The notes beneath the pieces are model-generated. The model did not search any database and was not told the origin of the DNA. It was given only the letters and a program-made list of their open reading frames with translations. A program made the position numbers and the translations under genes. A stretch of DNA of 64,000 nucleotides, from assembly GCA_020632795.1 (NCBI GenBank), contig JACKEV010000023.1, forward strand, positions 5,775 to 69,774, in the 5' to 3' direction. The first letter of the stretch is position 1, and the number at the start of each line of letters is the position of its first letter. This document shows, in pieces, positions 1 to 9,466 of the stretch. Source of the stretch: Alphaproteobacteria bacterium (GTDB lineage: Bacteria; Myxococcota_A; UBA796; CAJQPC01).

Positions 1-677
1 GCCTCCTCCAGCAGGACCAGCTCGGCGCCGACCTCGACCAGCCAGGCCGTGGCGCGCTGCTCGTCCAGCGCCGCATGGGGCAGCCAGGCGACCCGGACCC
101 CTTGCTCCTCGGCGAGGCGCCAGGCTGCGGCCAGGACCTCGTCCCGCGGACCCGCCTCGACGGGACACTCGGGGTTGAGGCGGGCGCGCAGGTCGTCGGC
201 CTCCGCGAAGGCTACAGACCGGGGAGCCCGCGGCGGCAGGCGAACCGGGCCGATCATCCCCGGGGGCAGCGGCGGGTCCGGCCGGGCGTCGAAGTCGAGC
301 TGCTCGTCGACCCACGAGACGAGGTCCGGCGCCAGCTCGTACAGCTCGGCGACGTCGTCCCGGTGGACCCAGAGGGCCAGCCCGAGCCGGCGGGTGCGCA
401 GCCAGTCCCGGCGGCGGTTGAGGCCGCGCAGGACCTCGCGGCGCGCATCCGCGGTCAGGAGGGGCAGGCCGGAGGCGAAGGCGTTGGCGCCGGGAGGGAG
501 GTCGAAGGGGTCCTCGTCCGCGAGGAGATCGACGAGCTGAGGGTCGCCCCGCGACAGGCCCAGCAGGAGTTGGCCGCTGACGGCGAGCCGGCGGCTGTGC
601 GCCAGGAGGATCGTGGGCAGGCCGGTCCGTGGAGCTGCGTCAGCGAAGCTCTCGGGGTGTCCCACCAGGAACCCCAT
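1..677 (-). CDS. hypothetical protein (partial; 3' end runs off the left edge of the window)
   Basis: Absent from the ORF track because no stop lies in the window. ATG at 677..675 overlaps the TGA of the upstream ATPase gene (ATGA). I checked every codon of this frame down to position 3 and found no stop. Third codon positions are almost all G/C. Begins MGFLVGHPESFADAAPRTGLPTILLAHSRR. No family recognised. Confidence 0.5.
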   Translation of the reverse strand, partial: MGFLVGHPESFADAAPRTGLPTILLAHSRRLAVSGQLLLGLSRGDPQLVDLLADEDPFDLPPGANAFASGLPLLTADARREVLRGLNRRRDWLRTRRLGLALWVHRDDVAELYELAPDLVSWVDEQLDFDARPDPPLPPGMIGPVRLPPRAPRSVAFAEADDLRARLNPECPVEAGPRDEVLAAAWRLAEEQGVRVAWLPHAALDEQRATAWLVEVGAELVLLEE

Positions 678-1957
678 CACCAGCCCCGGTCAGGATACCG
701 GTGCCGCAGGAAGCGCAGCACCAGCGGGGTTGGCCGGTACCACGGGAAGCCGTTCGCGTAGCAGTGCGCGAGGTTGCCGAACAGGAGCGCCTCGCCCTCG
801 GGGCCGCCGGGCGCATCCCGGGTCTCCCAGCAGCGCAGCAGCGGCTCGTGGTGCTCGGGGCGGAGCCGCTCCAGGGTGCGGCGCTCCTGCGCCGAGATGG
901 CGTAGGACACCTCCTCGGCGGTGAGCGCCTCGCGCTCGGGGTGACGGACCACGCCGCGACGAACGGCGGCCTCCACTATGCGGATCAGGCTGCGGGTGAT
1001 GCCGCCGCTGGCCGCGATCAGCTCGTCCGCGATGCCTCCCGGCGTCAGGCCACCCTCGAAGACCTGCTCGGGCGTGAGGCCGGCGGCGTGGACGCGGCGG
1101 CGCAGCACCTCCCGCATCGACACGAGGCCTTCTGGGTTCTCGGCGCCGTCCGGCTCCGGCTGGAACACGCAGAAGTTCCCCAGCACCAGGAGCTGGAACC
1201 AGGCGTCGCTCGCCTGCCCCATCAGGCCGTGCCGAAGGGCGATGGGCGCGGCGTAGATCACGGAGGCTTCGGCGAGGGCCAGGATGCCGGAGCCGAACAC
1301 CTCCTCGATGCGGTCGGGCTCGTCCAGCTTGTCCAGCCCGTCGACGAACAGGGTGATCGGCGCGCCCCCGCGGGATCGTCGGCCGAGGGTGAGGCAGCGG
1401 TTCACCGTCCCCGCGAGCCGGAGGACCGCCGGATCGTTGACCTCCAGAGCGCGACCGTGGCCGGGCAGGGCGAGAGGGGGAGCCTCCGAAGGGGGCATCT
1501 CGCCGATGATCTGCGGCCGCAGATCCCGGACGAGCGCGTCGACCTGAACCCGGGTGGAGGTGGCGTCGATGATGTCCTCGTAGGCGTATGCCAGGTCCTC
1601 GCGCTCCCGGGGCGCATCCAGCCCCTTGGCGGCGGCGAGGTGCAACCCCATGACGCCGATGAGGAACAGCACCTGCGGCGCGGAGAGCGCCTGGGGGACA
1701 CACTGGTCCTCGAGGCGAAGCAGGGCGACCACCGCGTCGTGATCCAGCGCCCCCGCGCGGCTGGCCAGCCGCCGCAGCTCGGTGCTCTTCCCGCTGCCCG
1801 TCGCCCCGCAGAGCAGGCCGTGCACGACCCCACCCAACCCCAGCGCCTCGTCGAACTCGTCGTCAGTGTTGTCGTGGCGGGGGACGTAGAGCGCCACCTC
1901 AGCGGGACGCTTGTGATCCAGCCAGGGCAGAAGCTCCAGCGCCCGCGCTCTCAGCAT
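677..1957 (-). CDS. P-loop NTPase (AAA/STAND-like ATP-binding protein)
   Basis: 426-aa ORF. Walker A is GATGSGKST and a Walker-B-like LFVDGLDKLDE follows. It lies 15 nt downstream of the FHA-like gene and is start/stop coupled to the next gene. Confidence 0.75.
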   Translation of the reverse strand: MLRARALELLPWLDHKRPAEVALYVPRHDNTDDEFDEALGLGGVVHGLLCGATGSGKSTELRRLASRAGALDHDAVVALLRLEDQCVPQALSAPQVLFLIGVMGLHLAAAKGLDAPREREDLAYAYEDIIDATSTRVQVDALVRDLRPQIIGEMPPSEAPPLALPGHGRALEVNDPAVLRLAGTVNRCLTLGRRSRGGAPITLFVDGLDKLDEPDRIEEVFGSGILALAEASVIYAAPIALRHGLMGQASDAWFQLLVLGNFCVFQPEPDGAENPEGLVSMREVLRRRVHAAGLTPEQVFEGGLTPGGIADELIAASGGITRSLIRIVEAAVRRGVVRHPEREALTAEEVSYAISAQERRTLERLRPEHHEPLLRCWETRDAPGGPEGEALLFGNLAHCYANGFPWYRPTPLVLRFLRHRYPDRGW

Positions 1958-1974
1958 CGCGCCACCTCAGAGGC

Positions 1975-4900
1975 CTACGACCCCTCCGTGAACCGGAACA
2001 GCGACTTCTCGATGAGCACGTAGTCGCCGGGCAGCAGGACCACGGGGCGGCCGTCCTCGGGCACGGTCTGGAAGGGGCCGTCGTCGCCCTGGCGCACGAA
2101 GAAGGGCAGGAAGCTGCCGTCGGCCTGGCGATAGCTGCGGATGTAGTTGGTCAGGGTCAGCTCGCCGCCCTGGTAGGTGCCCTCGCAGCGGATCGGGCCC
2201 AGGCGGACCTTGCGCTTGGCCTTGAGGGGGAACCCGATGGTGAACAGCGCCTGGGACATGCGGTCGCTGTGGTCGATGGCCAGGAGCTGGGCGCGGGGAT
2301 CCGGCAGGGTGACGCTGGGGTCCAGGCGCAGGACGATGGAGAAGTCCTCGTCGCCGTCGGCGTCGCGGCGGATGATCTCGAACTCGACCTTGTCGATGTC
2401 GAGGGTGTTGCGCTTGTCCTCACCCTCGACCCGCATGCGGGCCTCGTCCGGGTCCAGGAGCTGGGCCTTGCCCCGGTTGTTCCGCACCTTGAGCCGGAAG
2501 TACTCCGTGGCGTGGAAGAGCTGGTGAGGCTCGGCGCGGGACTCGGGGATGATGACCGCGCACTCGTTGTAGTTGCCGACGGTGGCCTCGCCGGAGATCG
2601 CCCAGCCGAGCTGCAGCAGGCGCGCGGGGCGGGCCAGCTCGAGCTGCCAGCGCTGTTCGTGCACCACCGCGATGATGTCGTCCTCTTCGTCGTCGAAGGG
2701 GTCTTCGGTGGGCGGCGCGTTGGCCGGCGTGGGCGGGGTCGAATCCCGGGCCACCGGCTCGTGGGCGGGCTCGACCGCCTTGAGGGGCGAGATCGGGGAG
2801 ATCGGGGGCGTGGGGTCGGGCTTGCGGCGCGGGGCGGCTGCGCCGCGCTGGGGCGCGGGGACCTTGGGGAGGCCGCCCAGGATGGAGTCGAAGCCGGGGC
2901 GCCCGATCTTGGGGGGCGCGGGCGGCGGCCCCCGCTCCCCCAGCCCGGCGGCCGGGGGTGGCTCGTCGTCGTCCACGAAGGGCTTGCGGCCGCGCGCCTC
3001 CAGGGCCGCGTCCAGGGTGCTCTGTCGCGGGTCCGGCGGTGCGGGCGGCTCGTCGTCATCGGGGGGCACGGTGGCCGGCGAGGCGCCGAGGGGGTCGTCG
3101 TCGGTGCGGGCCAGCGGGGTGCCCATGACCCGACCCAGGCGCTCCCGGGGGCCCAGCGGGCGCTGCGGCGGGGTGTCCTCGTCGAAGTCGGAGTCCAGGG
3201 CCCGGGCCAGGCTGTCGGCGGTGAGCTTGCGCGCGGCGGGCGTGGGCTCCGGCTGCGGGGTGGCCTGGCGGTCCTCCGCGGTGGGGGGCGGAGCCAGGGA
3301 GGCCGTGCCGAAGGCGCCCGGCGGCGGGAAGCCCACCTGGAAGAGGCAGTTGCCGGCCAGCAGGTCGTCGCCGTGCTGCAGCTCGATCCGGGCCGCACCG
3401 GCCTGCTTGGTGGGGTAGAGGGGCAGCAGCTCGTCGCCCCGGCGCACGTAGGTGAAGCAGTGCCGGGCGATGGAGTTGACGGCCGGGGTGTCCCCGCGCA
3501 GGTCGACCTCGGTGTGCTCGGAGGCGACCATGATGGAGTCGGTGTAGAACCGGCTCTTGGGGATCTCGCCGGAGCGGGCCCGGATGGTGGTGCCGTGGGC
3601 CGCCGCGTCCAGCCACACGATGTTCTCGTTGTGGGGCTCGTCGGGGAGCTGCACCTTGCAGCGGCGGTCCCGGCCGATGCGGTAGCGCCCCCCGAACACC
3701 ATGTGGGTGGAGGACGCCGGGCGCAGGATCTCGCCCAGGTAGGGCCAGCCGTCCATGCGGATCCGGGAGAGGTCGTTGTACTCCAGCGCGTGGGGGCCGA
3801 TCTTGAGCAGGGTGCGGTCGTAGAGGGACAGCGGGGTGTTGAGGTCGACCATGAAGCCGTTGACGGTGACCTCGGGCTTGTGCACCACCAGCTTCACCGC
3901 GTCGCCCCGCACCTGGAAGGTGGCGGCCGGGTCGTTGGCGTGGGTGCTGACCGTGCCGTTGCTGGCGACGTAGACGTCATAGCCCTGCATGAACTTCCGG
4001 AAGTGCACCTTCTGGAGCAGCGCGCCGCGCTCCTTGAGGGTGAAGATGCGCTCCTGGACGGTGTCGGGCACGATGGTCTTCTGCCCGAACATCGAGGCGG
4101 TGGACGGCCGGCTGGAGAGGCGGTCGGGGGGACCCGGGCGGGCCGGGGGCCGGGTCGGGGGGTCCAGCTCGAGGTCCGGGATGTCGGTCTCGGCGGGCTC
4201 CAGCGGAAGTGGGGCCAGGCGGCGGGGCTCGTCCGGCGGGGCGGAGTGGGCCTCGCTGACCACCGAGTCCATCAGGGCCATCACGATGTAGGCGACGACC
4301 GAGCCCCCGACCTCGGAGATGGTGAGGACCGACACGCCCTCGTTCTCGTCCGAGCTGACCTCGTAGCGGTCCTGCAGGTCGGGGTTGATGATGTGGACGA
4401 TGTTGCCGTCCAGGAACTGCTGGACGCGGTAGAGCGCCGGCTCGCTGAGGGCGGGGTGGGAGAAGTTGTCCAGCCAGTGGTCGCCGATGGTGAACTGGAC
4501 CTGGTCGGAGTACAGGCGCCCGACCTCGCGGTAGCCGTCCCAGACGCCCGGGACGTTGAGGTGGATCGCGATCACCGGCCGGGAGCCGGGCAGCGGGCCG
4601 GTGTAGAGGTTCGGCGGCAGCCCGGTGACGAACTCGCCCTTGATGAGGCCCAGGGAGACGCCGCCCATCTCGGGCCCGCCGTCCTGGATGATGCGGAACC
4701 GGGCGCCCCGCGAGCTGAACAGGAGCTGGTAGCCCTCCTCGCGGCAGAAGTTCTCGACCTCGGCGGTCAGGATGCGGGCGGCGGTGTCCTTCCAGGGCTC
4801 GGCGACCTGGTTGAAGGTGCGGCGGTAGTCGGCCTCGTTGATGACGACGAGGATGTCGGTGAAGTCGGCCTGGCCGGCCTCCTTCTGGGTGAGCAGGTGC

Positions 4901-5112
4901 TCGCGCAGGCCCGACCGGCGGCGCGCCCCGGTCTGCGAGGACCACAGCAGGAAGGGGTCCTCGATGATGTCGTCGCCGGACTCATGGCGCCGCAGCCGGC
5001 TGTTGAAGTAGGCGTCCCTCGGATCCAGAGACAGCTCATCGGCGTCACCGGAGAGGCCCTTGGCCGGGCCGGCGTTGAAGAGTCTCGAGATCCAGTCGGA
5101 GAATTGCGCCAT
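1975..5112 (-). CDS. large multi-domain protein with FHA-like modules and Pro-rich linkers
   Basis: 1045-aa ORF with strong GC3 bias. FHA-like stretches include YRIGRDRRCKVQLPDE...VASEHTEVDL and a C-terminal ...LLPGDYVLIEKSLFRF. Long P/A/R-rich low-complexity linkers lie in the middle. Confidence 0.7.
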   Translation of the reverse strand: MAQFSDWISRLFNAGPAKGLSGDADELSLDPRDAYFNSRLRRHESGDDIIEDPFLLWSSQTGARRRSGLREHLLTQKEAGQADFTDILVVINEADYRRTFNQVAEPWKDTAARILTAEVENFCREEGYQLLFSSRGARFRIIQDGGPEMGGVSLGLIKGEFVTGLPPNLYTGPLPGSRPVIAIHLNVPGVWDGYREVGRLYSDQVQFTIGDHWLDNFSHPALSEPALYRVQQFLDGNIVHIINPDLQDRYEVSSDENEGVSVLTISEVGGSVVAYIVMALMDSVVSEAHSAPPDEPRRLAPLPLEPAETDIPDLELDPPTRPPARPGPPDRLSSRPSTASMFGQKTIVPDTVQERIFTLKERGALLQKVHFRKFMQGYDVYVASNGTVSTHANDPAATFQVRGDAVKLVVHKPEVTVNGFMVDLNTPLSLYDRTLLKIGPHALEYNDLSRIRMDGWPYLGEILRPASSTHMVFGGRYRIGRDRRCKVQLPDEPHNENIVWLDAAAHGTTIRARSGEIPKSRFYTDSIMVASEHTEVDLRGDTPAVNSIARHCFTYVRRGDELLPLYPTKQAGAARIELQHGDDLLAGNCLFQVGFPPPGAFGTASLAPPPTAEDRQATPQPEPTPAARKLTADSLARALDSDFDEDTPPQRPLGPRERLGRVMGTPLARTDDDPLGASPATVPPDDDEPPAPPDPRQSTLDAALEARGRKPFVDDDEPPPAAGLGERGPPPAPPKIGRPGFDSILGGLPKVPAPQRGAAAPRRKPDPTPPISPISPLKAVEPAHEPVARDSTPPTPANAPPTEDPFDDEEDDIIAVVHEQRWQLELARPARLLQLGWAISGEATVGNYNECAVIIPESRAEPHQLFHATEYFRLKVRNNRGKAQLLDPDEARMRVEGEDKRNTLDIDKVEFEIIRRDADGDEDFSIVLRLDPSVTLPDPRAQLLAIDHSDRMSQALFTIGFPLKAKRKVRLGPIRCEGTYQGGELTLTNYIRSYRQADGSFLPFFVRQGDDGPFQTVPEDGRPVVLLPGDYVLIEKSLFRFTEGS

Positions 5113-5291
5113 GCGGGATGCCTGTGGTCCGGGATCACCTGAGCGAGGCGACCCGGTCGATGTGTAGCCTATTCAAAGCGATTGCCCGGGTAAAGCGGGC
5201 GCCAATGTATCGCCCTGCGGCCATCCCGGCCCGCTCGCTTGATCGGGGTCCTCACACGAGGTACGTCCCTCTGTCTCATGGAGGACCGAAC

Positions 5292-6506
5292 ATGGCAAGC
5301 ATCCGCCCGTTCCACGGCGTCCGCCCTCGCTCGGAGCTGGCCGCCAGCGTGGTGTCTCCGCCCTACGATGTCCTCTCGGAACCGGAAGCCCGGGCGATCG
5401 TCGCGCGCGATCCGCTGTCGTTCCTGAAGGTCACCCGCCCCGAGGTCAACCTCCCCCCCGGAGCGGACGCCCACGGCGCAGACGCCTACGCGGCGGCCCG
5501 GGACGCGCTGGTCCGGATGATGGAGGACGGCACCCTGGTCCAGGATGCTGGTCCCTGCTTCTACCTCTACGGGCAGCGCATGGGCGACCACGCCCAGGTG
5601 GGCCTGATGGCGCTGTGCTCGGTGGACGAGTACGACCGGGGCCTCATCAAGAAGCACGAGCACACCCGCCCCGACAAGGAGCAGGACCGCGTCGACCACA
5701 TCACCGGCGTGAACGCCCAGACGGGGCTGGTGTTCCTGGCCTACCGGCAGGATCCGGCGATCGCCCGGCTGATCGACGCCGCGCGCGCGGCCGATCCGCT
5801 GTACCGGGTCACCACCGACGACGCGGTGGTCCACACCCTCTGGCGGATCGACGATCCGGCGCAGGTCGCGGCCCTGGAGCGCGCCTTCGCCACCCTGCCG
5901 GCCCTCTACGTCGCCGACGGGCACCACCGCTCGGCGGCGGCCAGCCGGGTCTCGGCCGCGCGCGGGGGCCAGGGTGAGGCGGCCTGGTTCCTGGCCGGGC
6001 TCTTCCCCGACGACCAGCTCCAGGTGCTGGCCTACAACCGCCTGGTGAACGACCTCCACGGCCACACCCCCGAGGCCCTCAAGGCCGCGATCGCGCAGCA
6101 CTTCACCCTCACGCCGGCCGACGACCCGGCGCCCCCGCGGCGGGGCAGCTTCACGATGTACCTGGGGGGCGCGTGGTGGCGCATGGACCCCCGGCCCGGG
6201 GTGGTCGACCCCTCCGACCCGGTGGCCTCGCTGGACGTCGCCGTGCTCCAGGACCGCGTTTTGGGGCCGCTGCTGGGCATCCACGACCCCCGGCGCGACG
6301 CGCGGATCTCCTTCGTCGGGGGCATCCGGGGCCACGGCTTCCTGTCCGACGCGGTGGACCGGGGCGAGGCGGCGGTGGCGTTCGCGCTGTTCCCCACCGG
6401 GCTCGCCCAGCTCTTCGACGTCGCGGACGCGGGGCAGGTGATGCCGCCCAAGTCCACCTGGTTCGAGCCCAAGCTGCGCGGCGGCGTGCTGATCCACCTC
6501 CTGTAG
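5292..6506 (+). CDS. DUF1015 family protein
   Basis: The track ORF 5118..6506 is trimmed to ATG 5292, which is preceded by GGAGGA. Sequence MASIRPFHGVRP...VSPPYDVLSEPEAR...HEHTRPDKEQDRVDHI matches the conserved DUF1015 N-terminal and HE.T...DR motifs. Confidence 0.8.
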   Translation: MASIRPFHGVRPRSELAASVVSPPYDVLSEPEARAIVARDPLSFLKVTRPEVNLPPGADAHGADAYAAARDALVRMMEDGTLVQDAGPCFYLYGQRMGDHAQVGLMALCSVDEYDRGLIKKHEHTRPDKEQDRVDHITGVNAQTGLVFLAYRQDPAIARLIDAARAADPLYRVTTDDAVVHTLWRIDDPAQVAALERAFATLPALYVADGHHRSAAASRVSAARGGQGEAAWFLAGLFPDDQLQVLAYNRLVNDLHGHTPEALKAAIAQHFTLTPADDPAPPRRGSFTMYLGGAWWRMDPRPGVVDPSDPVASLDVAVLQDRVLGPLLGIHDPRRDARISFVGGIRGHGFLSDAVDRGEAAVAFALFPTGLAQLFDVADAGQVMPPKSTWFEPKLRGGVLIHLL

Positions 6507-6507
6507 C

Positions 6508-7929
6508 TCAGGGCCACCGCCGCAGGGCCGCCTCCGCCGCGAAGAACCCGCACATCCCGTGCACCCCGCCGCCGGGGGGCGTGGACGCCGAGCACAGGAA
6601 CAGCCGGGGGTTCGGGGTGCTGTACGGCACCCGGCGGGCCACCGGCCGGGTGAAGAGCTGCGTGATGTCCGGGGCCCCCCCGTTGACGTCGCCGCCGATG
6701 TAGTTGGCGTTGTACGCCTCGAAGCCCTCGGTGTTCGTCGCGGCCCGGGCCAGGACGCAGTCCCGGAAGCCGGGGGCGTAGCGCTCGACCTGGGCCTCGA
6801 TGACCGCGGCGCGGTCCAGGGTGGAGCCGTTGGGGACGTGGCAGTAGGCCCAGCCGGTGTGCCGGCCGGCGGGGGCGCGGGTGTCGTCGAACAGGGACTG
6901 CTGGGCGAGCAGCACGAAGGGGCGCTCGACGTGCTCGCCGCGCCAGGCCTCCCGCTCGCCGACGGCCAGCTCGTCCAGGGTGCCGCCCAGGTGGACGGTG
7001 CCCGCGCGGGCGACCTGGGGGTCCCGCCAGGGGATGGGCTCGGCGAGCGCCCAGTCCACCTTGAACACCCCGGGGCCGTGGCGGAAGCGGCGGACGCGGC
7101 GCGCGTAGCCGTCGGGCAGGGCGTCCCCGGCGATCGCCAGCATGGCCCGGGGGGCGGTGTCGAAGAGCACGGGGCCCCGGGTGGGCAGGGCGTCGAGGCG
7201 CTCCACCCGGTGCCCGGTGACGATCTCGCCGCCGAGGGACCGCAGCAGCGAGGCCAGGGCGTCGCTCAGGGCCTGGGCCCCGCCGCGGGGCATGGGCCAG
7301 CCCACCGCGTGCCCGGCGACGCCCAGCATCAGCCCGATGGCCGACGAGAAGGGCTTCTCCAGGGGCAGGATGGCGTGGGCGGCGAGCCCCGCCAGCAGGG
7401 CGCGGGCCCGGGGCTCCCGGAACAGGGCCTTCGCCAGCCAGGTCGCCGGCCACATCGCCCGGGCACCGAAGCGGGCGAGCAGCAGGGGGCTTCGGGGCAG
7501 GCCCAGGGGGGCCATGCCGTCGGCAAAGAGGGCCTCCCAGCGGCGCACCATCGGGTCCATCAGCCAGCGGTAGCCGCGCCCGTCGCGCCCCAGGGCCTCG
7601 GCGGTGGCCGCCACCGAGCGCTCCATCAGGACCGCCGGACCGTCGTCGAAGGGGTGGGCCAGCGGGGCGTCGGGGTGGACCCAGCGCAGGCCGTGCGCCT
7701 CCAGGGGGAGGGTGCGCAGGAAGGGGGAGCCGATGGCCATCGGGTGGATGGCCGAGCAGACGTCGTGGTGAAAGCCCTCCAGGGTCAGGGCCGAGGTGCG
7801 GGCGCCGCCGCCGACGGTGTCCCGGGTCTCGTAGACCCGCACGGAGCGCCCGGCCCGGGCGAGGCGGATCGCCGCGCAGAGGCCGTTGGGGCCGCTGCCG
7901 ATGACGACGGCGTCGACGGCCTCGCTCAC
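6508..7929 (-). CDS. NAD(P)/FAD-dependent oxidoreductase (phytoene desaturase / CrtI-like family)
   Basis: The track ORF 6508..8784 is trimmed to GTG 7929. The N-terminal dinucleotide fold is VVIGSGPNGLCAAIRLARAGRSVRVYETRDTVGGGART. The GTG overlaps the stop of the upstream radical SAM gene (GTGA). Confidence 0.8.
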   Translation of the reverse strand: MSEAVDAVVIGSGPNGLCAAIRLARAGRSVRVYETRDTVGGGARTSALTLEGFHHDVCSAIHPMAIGSPFLRTLPLEAHGLRWVHPDAPLAHPFDDGPAVLMERSVAATAEALGRDGRGYRWLMDPMVRRWEALFADGMAPLGLPRSPLLLARFGARAMWPATWLAKALFREPRARALLAGLAAHAILPLEKPFSSAIGLMLGVAGHAVGWPMPRGGAQALSDALASLLRSLGGEIVTGHRVERLDALPTRGPVLFDTAPRAMLAIAGDALPDGYARRVRRFRHGPGVFKVDWALAEPIPWRDPQVARAGTVHLGGTLDELAVGEREAWRGEHVERPFVLLAQQSLFDDTRAPAGRHTGWAYCHVPNGSTLDRAAVIEAQVERYAPGFRDCVLARAATNTEGFEAYNANYIGGDVNGGAPDITQLFTRPVARRVPYSTPNPRLFLCSASTPPGGGVHGMCGFFAAEAALRRWP

Positions 7930-9407
7930 GCCGCCCGCTCCAGCCGCTTCACCGCCTCGGTCGCGCCCTCCCGGAAGGCCCGCCGGTAGTCCGCGAAGCG
8001 CCCGCCCGCGCGCACCGCCGCGAGCACCGCCTCGCCGGCCTCGGGGCCGCCCTGGGCCAGCACCGCCTCCACCCAGGCCCAGCGGGCCGAGGTCGCGCGG
8101 ATGTCCACCCGGCCGCGCTCCTTGCGCAGGGCCTGCTGGAGGCGCTTGAGCCGGGCCTCCACCACGGCCTTGCCCGCGAAGCCCGCCCCGTCCAGCGGGG
8201 TGTTCACCTTGGGCACGAAGGGCGCGATGCCCAGGGCGACGGGGTGGATGGCGGCCAGCTCGCGGGTGAACCGGGCCAGCTCGTCGACGTCGGCGTCGGT
8301 CTCGCCGGGCACGCCCAGCATCATGTAGACCTTGAGCAGCCGATAACGGTGCTCGGCGGCCAGCTTCGCGCAGTCCAGGAGGTGCTGCTCGGTGGTGCCC
8401 TTGGCGATGGTGCGGCGCAGGCGCTGGGAGGCCGCGTCGCTGGCCACGGTCAGGGTGCTGTAGCCCCCCTCGCGCAGAAGCCGCGCGATCTGCGGCTTTC
8501 GGGCCACCCGGTCCGCCCGGAGCGAGCTGATGCCCACCCCCTTGCCCGCCGTGACCAGGGCCTCCAGAAGCTCGGGCAGCCGGGGGTGGTCGCTGATCGC
8601 GGCCCCCACCAGGCCCACCCGGGGGGCGTGCTCGGGCACCAGGGACAGCACCCGCTCCGGGGTGACCAGGCGCATGCCGCCGTTCGTGGAGCGCCGCATC
8701 ACGCAGAAGGTGCACTGGCGGTGGCAGCCCCGCTCCCCCTCCAGCAGGAACATGTTCGACAGCTCGGTGTCCGGGGTGACCCACCGGGAGCGCGCCGGCA
8801 GCAGGGTGTCGGTGGCCTTGGCGATCGGGGGCAGGCGCGCGCCGTCCCGCTCGGGCAGGTACGCCCCCGGCAGCGCCGCGCAGGCGTCCAGCCAGCCGGG
8901 CCCGCCCAGGGCGGCCTCCATCGCCGGGCCCACGGTCTCCTCGGCCTCCCCGAGCAGGAGCAGGTCCGCGAAGGGCGCCGCCGGCCGGGGGTTGGAGAAG
9001 GTCAGCGGCCCGCCCACGATCACCCGGGGGTGCTCGGGCCCCCGCGCGGCCCGCAGAGGGGGGATCCCGGCCAGCTCCAGCGCGGTGATGAGCCCGGCCA
9101 GCTCCAGCTCATAGGCCAGCGAGACCCCCACCACCGGGAAGCCGGACACCGGGCTCTGCGTCTCGACGGTCAAGAGCGGCGTGCGGCTCCTGCGCCAGGC
9201 GTCGACGTCGTCGGGCAAAAAGGCCCGCTCCACCGCGAAGCCCTGGTCCGCCAGCACCCCGCAGATCCATTGGTAGCCCAACGACGACATGCCCACCCGG
9301 TAGGGGCTCGGGTAGAGCATCACCACCCGCCTCGGACCGGGGGTGAACGCGGGGCCGCGCTCCAGGTCCAGCCGGTCGCGCAGCGCTTGGATGTGTGCCC
9401 AGGACAT
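7926..9407 (-). CDS. B12-binding-domain radical SAM protein
   Basis: 493-aa ORF with a CX3CX2C cluster motif (CHRQCTFC). The N-terminal part resembles a cobalamin-binding fold (VVMLYPSPYRVGMSSLGYQWI). Confidence 0.8.
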   Translation of the reverse strand: MSWAHIQALRDRLDLERGPAFTPGPRRVVMLYPSPYRVGMSSLGYQWICGVLADQGFAVERAFLPDDVDAWRRSRTPLLTVETQSPVSGFPVVGVSLAYELELAGLITALELAGIPPLRAARGPEHPRVIVGGPLTFSNPRPAAPFADLLLLGEAEETVGPAMEAALGGPGWLDACAALPGAYLPERDGARLPPIAKATDTLLPARSRWVTPDTELSNMFLLEGERGCHRQCTFCVMRRSTNGGMRLVTPERVLSLVPEHAPRVGLVGAAISDHPRLPELLEALVTAGKGVGISSLRADRVARKPQIARLLREGGYSTLTVASDAASQRLRRTIAKGTTEQHLLDCAKLAAEHRYRLLKVYMMLGVPGETDADVDELARFTRELAAIHPVALGIAPFVPKVNTPLDGAGFAGKAVVEARLKRLQQALRKERGRVDIRATSARWAWVEAVLAQGGPEAGEAVLAAVRAGGRFADYRRAFREGATEAVKRLERAA

Positions 9408-9466
9408 GCGAGGTGGCGCCGAAGGGAATACGATCCCGGTGGTTCGGTTTCAGGGTACCGCTACAT

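Noticed and set aside
2735-2750. ggggtcgaatccc, reminiscent of a tRNA T-arm
   Set aside because: The flanking bases do not form a T-stem or an acceptor stem, and the site is inside a well-supported CDS.
2269-5142. 957-aa plus-strand ORF opposite the FHA-like gene, along with other long overlapping ORFs in 629..5138
   Set aside because: Its composition is Gly/Arg/Val/Ala-rich and low-complexity, typical of antisense shadow frames in GC-rich DNA. The minus-strand ORFs carry recognisable motifs and the expected codon-position GC pattern.
5113-5291. Divergent intergenic region checked for small RNA or riboswitch-like structure
   Set aside because: I could recognise no conserved motif or convincing stem-loops by eye. 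It is most simply a divergent promoter region.
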